Shown here: one piece after another, positions 42,201-56,096 of the stretch
Numbering within the stretch: the first letter of the stretch is position 1
Layout of the letters: each line of letters opens with the position of its first letter
Origin: an uncultured archaeon
GTDB lineage: Archaea > Thermoproteota > Bathyarchaeia > Bathyarchaeales > Bathycorpusculaceae
Length of the DNA stretch: 64,000 nt
Assembly: GCA_963782915.1 (NCBI GenBank)
Contig: CAWALK010000018.1
Span: 128,001-192,000, forward strand
Direction of reading: 5' to 3'
Notes under the pieces: model-generated
What the model saw: the letters and a program-made list of their open reading frames with translations, nothing else
What the model was told of the DNA's origin: nothing
The model's database searches: none
Translations under genes and position numbers: made by a program

Positions 42201-44118
42201 TAGGCGACCTCACGGACTAAGCTTTTGCCTTCGAGGTTCTGGACGGTGATGACGTTGGCGTCTTGTGCTGCAAACGTGATTTGGCTGGGTGTGATGACGA
42301 CGTATTGGGCTGAGGCGTCTTTTATGAGGGCGACCAGGACTTTGGCGATCATTTCTCGGTTTTTGGGGTCCATGTGGATGTCGTATTCGTCGACTGCTCG
42401 GAATGGGCTGCGGACATGCTGCTGCAGTGCCAATAGGAAGCCCATGGTTGCGGTGGTTCTTTCTCCGCCGCTCTGCGTATAAGCATCCAATGCTACGGGT
42501 CTGCTGCCTTTGAAGCCCAACATAAATGTCCAATCCAGCAGATTCGATGTCTACGGCGTTTGAAAGCTTCACTTCACCCGTCGCTAAAGTCTGACCCATG
42601 ATACGCTGGTATTCAACGTTGACGCGGGTAAGGAGTTCCTCCATGACGGTGCGCCAAGCGGACATGCGGGTTTTGACTTCTTCGAGGGTTTTCTCTCGGT
42701 TCTCAGCGACTAGTTGCGCTTTTTCTTTGAGTTCTAAGTAGAGTTTTGAGTAGGATTCGTATTGGCGCTCGATTTCTTCTGAGACGGAGGTTAATGCGGC
42801 TAGGTGTCCGTCGGTTAAGCCCATTTCTTCTTGGATTTCGCCTGCAGCTTTTGAGGACTGCGATGCGTTCGCCTGATTCTTGGGCTTTTGCGAGGGCGGC
42901 GTTGAGTGTGTCTTGGGCTTCTTTGAGGGTTTTCTCGATTGTTTTTCCCTCGTTAACTGAGCGTTCACGCTTAAAATCCAAGAGTGCGAGGCTGACGCGT
43001 TTATCCAATGCGCCCGCAGAGGTTTTGTCTGTGGATTCTTCGAGTTTGCCGAGTTTTGTTTGGTTAGCTTTGATTTGGACGGAGGCTTTTTGGATTTGCT
43101 GCTGGGAGGTTTTGAGCAGTTCTTTGAGGTTGTCGGCGCGGAGAAGTTTGAATTGGTTCTTGTTAGCGGCTGTTTCTAACAGTTGCGCTTCGCCGAGTAA
43201 CTGCTCAATCAGCGATTGGGTGGATTCATTCTGGGCAATTTGCCGTTCAAGGCTTATGCGTTCGTCATAAGCGCCTTTGATTTCGCCCCGAAGCGTCCTC
43301 TGCTGAATTTCTTGCCCATCCAATTCGCCGATGATAGATTGGCGTTCGTCCTCGATTTTGCCCAGCGCCTGCTGGTTCTTGTTAAAATTAGCCTGCAAAC
43401 TCTTCACTATGGCTTCTTTGCGTTCAACTTCTGCCCAAACTAATTCGCGGTCCAAAAAACGCCTTTTAAGCTGCAATTGCTTTTTCTCTTGGAATTTCTC
43501 GTACTGTTCCCGCCAGTAATTGAGTGTCTGTTGGGCTTGTTCGAGGAGTTTGCCGACGGATTCTTCTTGGCTTAAAATGCGGGTTAGCTTGGTTTTGGCG
43601 CTCAGTACGTTTTCTCGGAAAGGCTCCAATCCCACGGCATCTTCGACCATTCGCAGCTTGTCGACGTTGCTCAAGACGCTGAATTGTTCCACCATGTTCT
43701 GGTGCATGATGATTAGCATGTTGTCTGGGTCTACGCCGAATTTGCCCAGCAATCGTTCTACGTCTTGTTTGGTGGCGTTGCGGTTTTCGAGTTCAAAGAA
43801 GTATTTGCCGTCCCGTCGCAACACGCGGGTTAGGAAGAGCTGGTCTTTGTTGTATTTTGGTTCGGGACGCCTGTTGCCTTGTTTGCTGTTATCTAAGATG
43901 AGGGTGACGCGTGCTTGGTCTTGTCCCCAGCGAATTAAATCGCTAAGTTTACGGGACCGTTCCGTAGATGTCTGACCCAAACCCACACTAATGGCGAGCA
44001 GTAGCGAAGATTTTCCTGCGCCGTTGGGTCCCCCAATTACGTTAACGCCCTTCTTGAAAGGTACACGGGCGTACTCGTAACTCATGAAGTTTTCAACGAT
44101 AAGTTCTTGAATTAACAC
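42200..44118 (-). CDS. short SMC5/6-type ATPase, ~640 aa (indels near 42845 and 42520)
   Basis: VENFMSY, GPNGAGKSS, QSGGERTTATMGFLLAL, SPFRAVDEYDIHMDPKN, QYVVITP; coiled-coil middle. Confidence 0.88.
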
Positions 44119-44283
44119 TAAATTTTTGCCTCTAACTAAGCGTCCAAACTATGGGAAGGGGGTCTTATTAAAACGATTTGACAGCTTTATGCAAAAACCA
44201 CCAGTACCGAAGAGAGATTGAATCATAAACGCAGAAGCTGTTTTGCTAAAACAAAAATATAGGGGTAACTTTATGTTACCAAC

Positions 44284-45072
44284 TTATTTTTCGCGTTTAA
44301 AAGAGCCGTGCCCGCCCTCTTTGGTGACGTTGGCAACGACGGTTTCGCTTACTTTATCAAGCACTTCTTCAGCGCGTTTCCAAGTATCCGCAGAAACCTC
44401 AACACTGTACTTTGGTGCAGCGATAACGGCGAATTCGACTTTGGCATCTTTTGCTTTCGTCGCAGCTTTGGCAGCACTAAAGGCTTCTTTGATGCAGCGC
44501 ACACCGTTTGGAGTCATGCAACGGACTTCAATGATGCCGCGGACCTGTACCAGCTTAATTTTTATGCGTTCCTCTGCAACCTGCACAATGACTTTGGTGA
44601 TGTCTTCGGGGATACCCATCTTGGTGAGAAACTCGGGGCCCTCTTTAACGGTCTTCTCGAAACCCTCGTATAAGCCGATTTTTTCTTCAAGAGGAGCACC
44701 AACGGTCTGGTACATTTGCTGTAGGGGCACACCCATCTTGTCAGCTACTGCTTTGAGTAAGGCGTCTCCTTTGCGGTCTTTCTTCCAAGACTTAATCTTC
44801 TCAATACGTTCACGTTTGGTGACACGGCGGAGGGATAGGTCGATGTGTCCTTTCTCGACATCCACACGCAGAACCTTTAGAACCATCTTTTGGTTTTCAC
44901 GAACAAAATCTCGCACGTTCCGTATGCGGGCGCTGGAGATTTCTGAAATATGCAAAAAGCCTCTTCGGTGATATTCATCGAGGTTTGCGTAGGCACCGTA
45001 ATCCATCACGGTTTCAATCGAAGCGATTACTAGATCGCCTGGTTCTGGCCATTGAGGTTTGTTTTCGGACAT
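44284..45072 (-). CDS. eif2a: translation initiation factor aIF2 alpha
   Basis: WPEPGDLV, YGAY..LDEY, LHISEIS, KVLRVD..KGHIDLSLRRV, AAPKY. Confidence 0.95.
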   Translation of the reverse strand: MSENKPQWPEPGDLVIASIETVMDYGAYANLDEYHRRGFLHISEISSARIRNVRDFVRENQKMVLKVLRVDVEKGHIDLSLRRVTKRERIEKIKSWKKDRKGDALLKAVADKMGVPLQQMYQTVGAPLEEKIGLYEGFEKTVKEGPEFLTKMGIPEDITKVIVQVAEERIKIKLVQVRGIIEVRCMTPNGVRCIKEAFSAAKAATKAKDAKVEFAVIAAPKYSVEVSADTWKRAEEVLDKVSETVVANVTKEGGHGSFKREK

Positions 45073-45240
45073 TATTTCACTCTTGTTACTCTGATTTCGT
45101 GAATTAGAACTAACAGGAAAAGACTTGTTCCGTTCAAGATAAGGATTTCCACTTGCAAAACCCCAAAAACCCAGAAGCGCATGAAAAATAAACAAGTTTA
45201 TACTACAACATTTTTATTTAGATACACACTTGGTACCATT

Positions 45241-45489
45241 ATGAAATTCGCTGAAGCAGCCATCCTACTAAGAGAAATCGTTGACAGATGCCCCGGCTTA
45301 GACGGAGCCACGATTACTTTGGTTCCACAGAAAGCCATGTTCCCACTCTATCAGGGATACCATATTAACATTAAAGCTAACCTCAGCAGGGAAAGCACAG
45401 GCGGCCTGCGCAAGATTGTTGAGGGACACGACTTGATGATGCAGATCAAAGCTGACGCCGTCATCGTGTACGAATCTAGACCAACCTAG
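45241..45489 (+). CDS. small hypothetical protein, paralogue of 40471-40728
   Basis: Shared RC..(L/I)(D/E)G, L.P, GY.I.I and H(D/E)L pattern. Confidence 0.72.
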   Translation: MKFAEAAILLREIVDRCPGLDGATITLVPQKAMFPLYQGYHINIKANLSRESTGGLRKIVEGHDLMMQIKADAVIVYESRPT

Positions 45490-45621
45490 ATCACCAACTA
45501 TTTGGCATCTATTAGAAACTCTACCTACCCATAGAAGGGTAAGTGACTTACTTTTAATAATGTAACTGCAAATGGGCACCCACAAACCCTTAAGAAAACC
45601 CCAAAAACCCCAATATATCTG

Positions 45622-45867
45622 GTGCAACAAAAATTGAGTGAACCAGACTATCCATACCCCAAAAAACCTCTTGAACCGGCCCAAGGCACAACAGCTCCAC
45701 CCCCCATGCCGCCACCGGAACCGCCTGTCCCGCCCAATCCGCCGCCGCTAAGCAACCCAACTCCTAACAAGTTCCGATGTCAAACATGCGGCAAAGTCTT
45801 CACCACAAAAGAAGAATTAACCATGCACATAGAAACAGTGCATATGAGCCCAAAAAAGAAAGTCTAA
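45622..45867 (+). CDS. proline-rich C2H2 zinc-finger micro-protein
   Basis: FRCQTCGKVFTTKEELTMHIETVH after a poly-Pro tract. Confidence 0.82.
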   Translation: MQQKLSEPDYPYPKKPLEPAQGTTAPPPMPPPEPPVPPNPPPLSNPTPNKFRCQTCGKVFTTKEELTMHIETVHMSPKKKV

Positions 45868-45877
45868 AAAAAGACTT

Positions 45878-47905
45878 TCAAATCTGAACATTGCCTTTTT
45901 TATAACCCACAAGCAATGATACCAACGCTATGGCAGCTACGGCTATAATCCCAGCGAGTATTAACCAGTTTATAGACAAATCTTGATCTACCGCCATGGG
46001 TTCGGGTGTTGATGTTTGGGTTTGAGCGTTTTGGTTTATGGCTTGGTTTTGGTTAGCTGGGGGAGTTGGCGGTGCTGTTGGCTTTGCTGTGGGAATTGGG
46101 GTTGATGTGGCTGCGGGTTGTGAGGTTGGGTTTGCAGTGGGTGAGGGCGTTGGCATTGCGGTTGGCTGAGGAGTCTGGGTTGGCACTGGAGTAACCTCAT
46201 TCGGGTTTCCTAGTGCATAGATTTTGCCGTCATAAGAGCCTATGTAGACGACGCCGTTTGCGATGGCCGGTGAAGAAAACAGAAAACCACCCGTACGATA
46301 AGCCCAAACTGCCGAACCAGAGGTGGCGTCTAATGCGAACAGGTAGCTATCGAATGAGCCGAAGTATACTGTGTTGCCAGCGACTGCTGGAGAAGAGTAC
46401 ACGTAGCCGGTCAGTTGGCGTTGTGAATAGGGTGAGGTGAAATACCAGATTTGTGAGCCATCGGATGCGTTGAAGGCGTAGTAGCCGTTGCGTGAACCAA
46501 CGAAGACTGCGCCATTAGCGACTGCGGGTGAATCGTCAGCGTGGTCGGTTTTGCCAAAGGCCGCTTGCCAAATTCGGGAGCCATCAAGCGCTTTTAGAGC
46601 GTAGATAGTGCCATTATCAGAGTTAACGTACACTACGTTGTTAACGACTGCTGGGGAAGCATAGACTTCACTACCAGTACGAAACGCCCAAATTATTGCT
46701 CCATTAGCGGCGTTTAAGGAATAAACGTAGCCGTTGCATGACCCAACATACACTACGCCGTCGACGACTGCTGGCGAAGAAAACACTGACCCTCCGATAA
46801 GCTTAGACCAAACCAAACTGCCACTGCCGGCATTTAATGCATAGACATAGCCCGAGTAGGAGCCAACGTAGACGACGCCATCAACCACTGTTGGTGATGA
46901 TTCGATGCCGCTGTTGGTTGTAAAACGCCAGATTAAGGAGCCTGTGGTAGCGTTCAAGGCATCCACATAGCCGTTATGACCATCCCACAAGATGCCAACG
47001 TAGACTATGCCGTTTGCTATTGCAGCAGAGGATTCTATTTGGCTGCCACTGTTGTATTGCCAGATTAGTTGTCCGGATGTGGCATTTAGGGCGTAGAGGT
47101 AACCGTTGTTTGAGCCTTCATAGACGACGCCGTTGGCTATTGTGGGTGATGAGCGTATTTTGTCGCCGGTGCTAAATTGCCAAAGTGGGGTTGCATCAGG
47201 AGCGTTGGAAGTTGATGTTCCAGTGTTCTGTGGGTCATGACGATACATTGACCAATCATCATTAGAGAAAGGACTTGGATTAGCGATACTATAGGTAACG
47301 CCGTTAAGAACCAGTTGATCAGCAAATAGGGGCTGGTTAAGTCCGCCTGCATCTTTAACAGCCCAATACTCCAAAGCTACACCAACCGAGCGGATTGTCG
47401 CGTTCCCATAAATCCCCTGCCAGTAACCCAGATTCTCCCAGGGATTACTGTAAGCCTCCAAAGTGTTACTTGTGTTAGTCCATCCCCACCGTTGCCCACC
47501 CTGACCAAGTTGCCAACTACTATTGCTACAAGTGAGGTAGTCACTCATCAAGGTAACTTCCGTTTGACCATCCCCATTGCTGTCTAGTAAAATAACAAAT
47601 CGTGGAAGGGCATCAGTATAGGATGTATAAACCTGAAAAGACTGCAAAGAACTCAACGGTTGATTGACAGGATACAGAACCATGCTGCATGAACCTTGTG
47701 ACGCATTTGATGGAAGAATCAACTCAGCGGCATAAGAGCTACCATGCGTTGAATTACCACTCAAGTATGCTTTTCCTTCACCATGCGTAAAGAATTGAAC
47801 GGTTAACGTGTTCGGGGAATTTTGATTTGAGGCTAAAGTACCTGAAACTAACAGGGATAATAATAACAGCGATAAAACAACAATCACAGGACCAGTATAT
47901 TTCAT
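45878..47905 (-). CDS. PQQ/BamB-type beta-propeller surface protein
   Basis: Eight SSP..NGVVYVGS..LYALNA..G..W-type repeats; signal peptide, PT linker, C-terminal TM. Confidence 0.9.
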   Translation of the reverse strand: MKYTGPVIVVLSLLLLSLLVSGTLASNQNSPNTLTVQFFTHGEGKAYLSGNSTHGSSYAAELILPSNASQGSCSMVLYPVNQPLSSLQSFQVYTSYTDALPRFVILLDSNGDGQTEVTLMSDYLTCSNSSWQLGQGGQRWGWTNTSNTLEAYSNPWENLGYWQGIYGNATIRSVGVALEYWAVKDAGGLNQPLFADQLVLNGVTYSIANPSPFSNDDWSMYRHDPQNTGTSTSNAPDATPLWQFSTGDKIRSSPTIANGVVYEGSNNGYLYALNATSGQLIWQYNSGSQIESSAAIANGIVYVGILWDGHNGYVDALNATTGSLIWRFTTNSGIESSPTVVDGVVYVGSYSGYVYALNAGSGSLVWSKLIGGSVFSSPAVVDGVVYVGSCNGYVYSLNAANGAIIWAFRTGSEVYASPAVVNNVVYVNSDNGTIYALKALDGSRIWQAAFGKTDHADDSPAVANGAVFVGSRNGYYAFNASDGSQIWYFTSPYSQRQLTGYVYSSPAVAGNTVYFGSFDSYLFALDATSGSAVWAYRTGGFLFSSPAIANGVVYIGSYDGKIYALGNPNEVTPVPTQTPQPTAMPTPSPTANPTSQPAATSTPIPTAKPTAPPTPPANQNQAINQNAQTQTSTPEPMAVDQDLSINWLILAGIIAVAAIALVSLLVGYKKGNVQI

Positions 47906-48120
47906 GCTTTGTTGCACCAATAATGCCGTTCACTGGATTTCAAATAAAAGCGTTCTTGTCAAGATTTATAGACAAAGCTAAGTCAAGGTTTATGAACTAA
48001 AACGTAAGCCAACAAAAAATGACTTAGCCCACTAATTCAAGCGAGTTGCCGTTCAGGTTTAACAGTACCCATTATTCAGCGACGTTTCATCGCCTAGTCA
48101 GCCGATTTCGCGGACTGAAC

Positions 48121-48594
48121 TTAGGTGATGCTTACGTTCTGAATGTCAAAGTATCGTTTAGCCAAAAAGCGCAAACGTTCAGCGTTCTTGCCGTTCTTAC
48201 CTATTGCGACGCCCTTGTCTTTAGGGTTAACAGTGATGACTGCCATCTTTTTGCCGTCAGTACGTTCGCTTACGCGGATTTCGCGTACTGCTGCAGGTTT
48301 CAGAGCGTTCTTCATGAAAGTGACTGGGTCTTCGCTGTATTCGATGATTTCGTGTTTCTTGCCTGTCATACGTTCAAGGGTGTGGATGTTTCTGCCGCCT
48401 TTACCGATGGCAACGCCCACTTGACCTTGGTTGACTATGAAGATTGCGCGTTCTTGTTCTTCGTCGATTATGCAGTCTTTCACGCTAGCGCCGCTGATAC
48501 TTTCAAAGAGAGCAATGTATCGCATTTCGTCGCAGGTGATCTTTATGCCAGTTGTCAGTTTTTTTCCTCCATTTTTTATTTTATTATTGGTCAA
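48121..48594 (-). CDS. nusA: archaeal NusA (KH domains)
   Basis: AIGKGGRNI, AIGKNGKNA; follows rpl30e; start may be the CTG at 48558. Confidence 0.95.
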   Translation of the reverse strand: MTNNKIKNGGKKLTTGIKITCDEMRYIALFESISGASVKDCIIDEEQERAIFIVNQGQVGVAIGKGGRNIHTLERMTGKKHEIIEYSEDPVTFMKNALKPAAVREIRVSERTDGKKMAVITVNPKDKGVAIGKNGKNAERLRFLAKRYFDIQNVSIT

Positions 48595-48882
48595 CTACTT
48601 TGAGAATTTCTGAATCCCCTGTTTCCCGAATGCTCATTGCTGAAATAATGAAGAGTTTGTTGCAGACTTCAGCGAGATCCATTGAGCCACCTTTGTATGT
48701 TATCACGGGGACCTTCGAGATTTCTCCATAGTATTCGATTTGTTCTTTTATGTCTTGTGGACAGTTTGAGGCTAAAACTATCATTTTAGCCTTGCCGGTT
48801 TTGGCGTTCTGCAATGCAGTATTGGATCCAAAGGAAACCTTACCTGTTTTCACTGCTGACGCTAATGCTTTATCAATGTCTA

Positions 48883-48886
<4 letters not shown>
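48584..48886 (-). CDS. rpl30e: ribosomal protein L30e
   Basis: [21 protein letters not shown]. Confidence 0.95.
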
Positions 48887-52720
<3,834 letters not shown>

Positions 52721-52721
52721 G

Positions 52722-55700
52722 TTAAGCCTTCTCCTTTAGTCTTAGTTTGGGGGTGATGCATAGGCTTTGAAGCTCTTGGAGCAGTAGCTTGAAAGCGTAA
52801 GATACGATTACTGGTGCAATCTTTGCTTTTTCGTCGCAGATTTTGCAGACATAACGCCTTTGCTTCATGTCGAAGTAAGCGATTTGACCGCAGTTCTCGC
52901 AGATGTAGAGTGTGTACTTGTCGGATTCTTCTAGTAATCTGTCGCGTAGTAGCAGTGCTGCGCCGTGTCCGATGAGGCAGTCTCGTTCCATTTCTCCGAA
53001 TCTGAGACCACCACCGCGGGCGCGACCTTCAGTTGGTTGGCGAGTGAGCATTTGTACTTGACCGCGAGCACGAGCGTGAATCTTGTCAGCGACCATGTGG
53101 TGCAGTTTCTGGTAGTATACTAATCCGATGAAGACGTCGGCTACGAATTTTTCGCCGGAGGTGCCGTTGTAGAAGACTTCGCTTCCAGTGTGGCTGTATC
53201 CGAGTTTTATGAGGCTTTTGCGTATTTCATCTGGGCCTTCGTTTGCGAAAGGTGTACCGTCTGCTGGTCTGCCTCTTGCTGCGGCTGCTTTGCCTGCGAG
53301 TGATTCAATGAACTGGCCGATGGTCATTCTTGAGGGGATTGCGTGTGGGTTGATGATTAGGTCTGGAACCATGCCTTCTTCTGTGAAGGGCAGGTCTTCT
53401 TGTGGTACGATTAAGCCGATGACTCCTTTCTGTCCGTGGCGGCTTGCGAATTTGTCGCCGAGTTCTGGGACGCGTTGGTCGCGTACGCGGACTTTGACGA
53501 GTTGGCTTCCTTCGCCTGACATTGTTACGAATATGCCGTCTACGATGCCTGTTTCGCTTGGGCGCATGTCAACGGATGTGTCGCGCATGCTGGGTCCTTT
53601 GACTTCGAATTCTTTGTATTCTTCAAGGAACCTTGGAGGGCTGATTCTGCCGATTAAGACATCTCCGCCGACAACTTGTGATTCTAAGCCGATTATTCCG
53701 TCGGGTTCTAGGAGTCGGTAGTATTGTTCTCCGCGGTAGCCTCTTGTGCCTGCTTCTGGAACAGTGAATTTGTCTTTTAAGCCACCGAGGTATTGGCGAC
53801 ATTCTGCCTCATAGATACGGTAGAATGTGCTGCGTGCTAAGCCTCGCTCGATTGAGGCTTTGTTGAATATGATGGCGTCTTCCATGTTGTAGCCTTCGAA
53901 GCTCAAGACTGCTACGACGCAGTTTTGGCCTGTGGGGCGTTGTTTGTATCCCATGACGTCCATGTTTTCTGTTTGGACAAGTGGGACTTGTGGGTAGTGT
54001 AGTATGTGGCTGCGGCTGTCGACGCGGTGATGGAAGTTTGTGCCATAGACACCTAGTGCCTGTTTGGCCATGGCTGCTTGGTATGAGTTACGTGGTGACT
54101 GGTTGTGTTCTGGATATGGAATGGTTGATGCGCATATGCCAAGGATTGTGAATGTTGCGATTTCTGAGTGGGTTGTTTGTGGTACGATGGAGTCGTATGC
54201 TAGGGCGATGTAGGCGTTTTCTTCTTCTTCAGCGTCTAAGTATTCGATTAAGCCGTTTTTGATGACGTCTTCCCATGTCCATTCGCCGAGTCCGATTTTT
54301 TCGAAGTGTTTGCTTTGTAGTTTGGGTATGCCGTTTTCGACGATGATGAGTGGGCGTCTTACGCGTCCTTCGTCGCAGTTAGCGTGGACTTCTTCGGTTT
54401 CGGTTTGGGCTTTTGAGAAGTATGTTACGTTGACTTCTGTTGAGATTTCGCCTGCTCGTCTTTTTTGGCGGAAACTCTGGACCATTTCCTGTGGGTTGTT
54501 GCAGTAGCCGATTATGTTTCCGTCTACGAAGACTTTGGCGCCGTCAATTCTTAGTTCGCGTGATGCTTCGTATGCTGGGACTGTTCCCATTTCGAAGAGT
54601 AACTGGCGGATGCGATCGGGGTTTACGCCCACAGCGATGGAGGCAGATAACGCGAGGTTCTTAACAAGACCGCAGTTTGAGCCTTCAGGTGTTTCGTTGG
54701 GGCATAATCTTCCCCAGTGAGTGGGGTGTAAGTCTCTGGCTTCGAAGTTAGGTTGACTTCTGGATAGTGGAGACTGAAGTCTGCGTAGGTGGCTCAGTGT
54801 TGAGATGTAGTTGGTTCGGTCGAGGAGTTGTGTGATGCCGACTCTGCCTCTTCCCCAGTTGCCTGTTGCCAGAGCGTGTTGGAATCGCTCAGTGATGATG
54901 CCCGGGCGGACTGCGGCTGAGACAGTTATGATTGGGCCTTTAACGCCGATGCGTTCAAGTTGGTATTTGATGTCGCGTGTTAGGTTGCGGAAGGATACTC
55001 GGAAGAGGTCTGCTAGTAGTGGGCCACCGAGTCGTAGACGTTTGTTTTTGAAGTGGTCTTTGTCGTCTGGTTGGCGTCTTCCGGTTTTTAGTTGGATGAC
55101 GCGGTATGCCATTTCGCCTAGGAAAATGGCTTTTTCTTTGCGGTTTTTGTCGCTTCTGCCCAAGTGCGGTAGGAAGTTTTTGTCAAGGGCTGTTTCTGCT
55201 TTTTGAAGTCGGTATTCTTCGACTTGTCCGTGGGCAACGCGGTTGCCGATGAAAAGGATTGCGTCTTGGGGTGTGTCTACGCCGATTGCTTTTTCGAATG
55301 ATGCTGCGAGTTGTGTTTGTGTGTCGCTGTCTAGTGAGACTGCTTCGGCGATGTCTTTGTCTTTTTCCATGGTGAGTGCACGCATGATGACGACGAAGGG
55401 GATTTCTGTTGGCACTCCCGGCATGGTGACGTAGATTGCGTCGTCTGATTTGAGTTTAAGTTCGATTCTGGCTCTGAAGCCTACTGTTGTTGAGAAAATT
55501 TTTGCTTGATAAACTGGTGCGGTTCCTTTTTCGTCGATGTCGACGATTACGCGGTTAGGTGCCAAGTCTTCCATGGCGACGATGACGCGTTCGGAGCCGT
55601 TAACGACGAAGTATCCGCCTTGATCGTCTGGGTCTTCGCCGGCTGCGATTAATTCTTCTTTGCTGAGTTGGCTGAGGAAGCAAAGTTTGCTCTTCAGCAT

Positions 55701-56096
55701 AACTGGGATATTCCCGATGTAAACAAGTTCTGTATCTTGTTCTCTGCCATCGATAACTGGAGTCATTTCCAGCGCGATTGGCGCGGAATACGCCAAGTTT
55801 CTTAGGCGTGCTTCCATTGGGTAAATTTCATGTTTTGTTCCATCTACTTCGGTTGCGTATGGACCGGTGATGCGGCTTTGTGGGTCAATGACCCATATTT
55901 GGCCGAGTTTTACTTTGTATGGGCTTTCTGGCACTTCGATGGGGATTTCAGCTACTTCGTCGACTACTTCTTGGAGTCCGTGGTCGATGAATTCGTTGTA
56001 GCTGTCGAGGTGCTGTCGGACTAAGCCTTTATCGTTGTAGAATGTTTTTAGGAGGTTATGGATGTCGTCTTTCTGGATTTTTTGTGTGGTGGTCAA
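52722..56096 (-). CDS. rpoB: RNA polymerase subunit B (unsplit)
   Basis: ETPEG, GDKFASRHGQKG, NPHAIPSRMT, GGLRFGEMERD. Confidence 0.98.
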   Translation of the reverse strand: MTTTQKIQKDDIHNLLKTFYNDKGLVRQHLDSYNEFIDHGLQEVVDEVAEIPIEVPESPYKVKLGQIWVIDPQSRITGPYATEVDGTKHEIYPMEARLRNLAYSAPIALEMTPVIDGREQDTELVYIGNIPVMLKSKLCFLSQLSKEELIAAGEDPDDQGGYFVVNGSERVIVAMEDLAPNRVIVDIDEKGTAPVYQAKIFSTTVGFRARIELKLKSDDAIYVTMPGVPTEIPFVVIMRALTMEKDKDIAEAVSLDSDTQTQLAASFEKAIGVDTPQDAILFIGNRVAHGQVEEYRLQKAETALDKNFLPHLGRSDKNRKEKAIFLGEMAYRVIQLKTGRRQPDDKDHFKNKRLRLGGPLLADLFRVSFRNLTRDIKYQLERIGVKGPIITVSAAVRPGIITERFQHALATGNWGRGRVGITQLLDRTNYISTLSHLRRLQSPLSRSQPNFEARDLHPTHWGRLCPNETPEGSNCGLVKNLALSASIAVGVNPDRIRQLLFEMGTVPAYEASRELRIDGAKVFVDGNIIGYCNNPQEMVQSFRQKRRAGEISTEVNVTYFSKAQTETEEVHANCDEGRVRRPLIIVENGIPKLQSKHFEKIGLGEWTWEDVIKNGLIEYLDAEEEENAYIALAYDSIVPQTTHSEIATFTILGICASTIPYPEHNQSPRNSYQAAMAKQALGVYGTNFHHRVDSRSHILHYPQVPLVQTENMDVMGYKQRPTGQNCVVAVLSFEGYNMEDAIIFNKASIERGLARSTFYRIYEAECRQYLGGLKDKFTVPEAGTRGYRGEQYYRLLEPDGIIGLESQVVGGDVLIGRISPPRFLEEYKEFEVKGPSMRDTSVDMRPSETGIVDGIFVTMSGEGSQLVKVRVRDQRVPELGDKFASRHGQKGVIGLIVPQEDLPFTEEGMVPDLIINPHAIPSRMTIGQFIESLAGKAAAARGRPADGTPFANEGPDEIRKSLIKLGYSHTGSEVFYNGTSGEKFVADVFIGLVYYQKLHHMVADKIHARARGQVQMLTRQPTEGRARGGGLRFGEMERDCLIGHGAALLLRDRLLEESDKYTLYICENCGQIAYFDMKQRRYVCKICDEKAKIAPVIVSYAFKLLLQELQSLCITPKLRLKEKA

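Noticed and set aside
7719-44118. Mass pseudogenisation (permease, lhr, tatC, ABC, PQQ, SMC, kleisin)
   Set aside because: Breaks are mostly single-base indels with intact motifs and also affect rpo1, which fits sequencing error. The 16.5-24.8 kb region remains unresolved without reads.
40754-44118. Wadjet, Lamassu, Rad50/Mre11 or canonical Smc-ScpAB
   Set aside because: No adjacent nuclease or effector, no zinc hook, too short for canonical Smc, and the signature/D-loop are SMC5-like.
48051-48120. Hammerhead ribozyme
   Set aside because: CUGA and GAAA are present but there is no CUGANGA core in the right arrangement.
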